Shown here: piece by piece, positions 63,401-64,000 of the stretch | Position numbering within the stretch: position 1 is the stretch's first letter | Layout of the letters: the number at the start of each line of letters is the position of its first letter | Source of the DNA: Octopus bimaculoides | Lineage: Eukaryota | Length of the DNA: 64,000 bases | Assembly (NCBI RefSeq): GCF_001194135.2 | Contig: NC_068981.1 | Coordinates: 71,508,360-71,572,359 of the forward strand | Direction: 5' to 3' | Notes under the pieces: generated by a model | What the model saw: only the letters and a program-made list of their open reading frames with translations | Told to the model about the DNA's origin: nothing | Databases searched by the model: none | Program-made: the position numbers and the translations under genes

Positions 63401-63689
63401 TTATTTATCATGCTGCTTATTTTTATTTTGACTGCTTGCATTTCTAGTGTGTTGTAATATTACAGGCTGTTACTTTTTTCCAGTATAATTTATGGTACCT
63501 ATGTCCTGAATGCATGATTTCTAATATTCTATGAGGCCTCCCCCACAGTAATAAAATTTGAAATGTTGTATGTCGGGATTCTAAATATTTATCCTCAACT
63601 ACCATGATGTATATGTTGTGTGTAATAACATCTTTAATTCTGTAAAGTTACTTATCATGCCTTTAATATTGCATTATAACTTTTATATA

Positions 63690-64000
63690 TCTTTTACTTG
63701 TTTTACTCATTTGACTGCAGCCATGCTGAGATACCACCTTCAATGGTTTTAGTTAAACAAATTGACTCCAGGACCTTTCTTTAAGCCTAGCACTTATTCT
63801 ATCAGTCTCTTTTGCCAAACCACTAAGTTACAAGGATGTAAACACACCAACACTGATTGTTAAACAGTAGTGGTGGACAAACACAGACACACATAGATAT
63901 ATACATAGGATTCTTTCAGTTTCTGTCTACCAAATCCAATCACAAGGCATTGGTCAGCCCAAGGTTATAATAGAAGACACTTGCCCATAGTGCCACACAG
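63690..64000 (-). mobile_element. SINE family B, truncated by the window end
   Basis: TTTTACTCATTTGACTGCAGCCATGCTG...AGAAGACACTTGCCCATAGTGCCACACAG. Confidence 0.85.

Larger units (their letters stand above)
13324..64000 (+). other. Probable first intron of the kinase gene (no exon 2 recognised in the window)
   Basis: GT donor at 13324. No acceptor followed by a GxFxxV kinase continuation was seen by eye or in the ORF track. The region is repeat-dominated. Confidence 0.5.

Noticed and set aside
1-64000. CRISPR arrays, rRNA genes or prokaryotic operons
   Set aside because: None seen. The window is spliceosomal-intron-containing eukaryotic DNA, and the tandem repeats lack unique spacers.

Overview
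AT-rich animal genomic DNA from a gapped draft assembly (six N-runs). The repeat families look like those of octopus, which is an inference from recalled sequence and not a database result. The window holds two host-gene segments, both on the + strand. The first is the last three coding exons of replication factor C subunit 2 (RFC2; 397-462, 730-924, 1929-2045). The second is the first coding exon of a DRAK/STK17-like Ser/Thr kinase (13187-13323). It is absent from the ORF track, ends at ELGR with a phase-2 GT donor, and is followed by an intron that apparently runs past the window end (>50 kb). The rest is intergenic or intronic DNA full of decayed LINEs (RTE-like and CR1/Jockey-like), a Tigger/pogo and a mariner transposase relic, five SINE families, TTAA-flanked piggyBac-type MITEs, a Charlie-type hAT MITE, Helentron-like non-autonomous elements and microsatellites. 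The most striking structure is a 150-bp foldback about 620 nt into the kinase intron (13943-14092). Each arm encodes a minimal type I hammerhead-ribozyme fold: the antisense copy has an intact stem I, while the sense copy carries two stem I mismatches. Boundaries of decayed repeats are approximate (tens of bp). Exon and hairpin coordinates were counted base by base.
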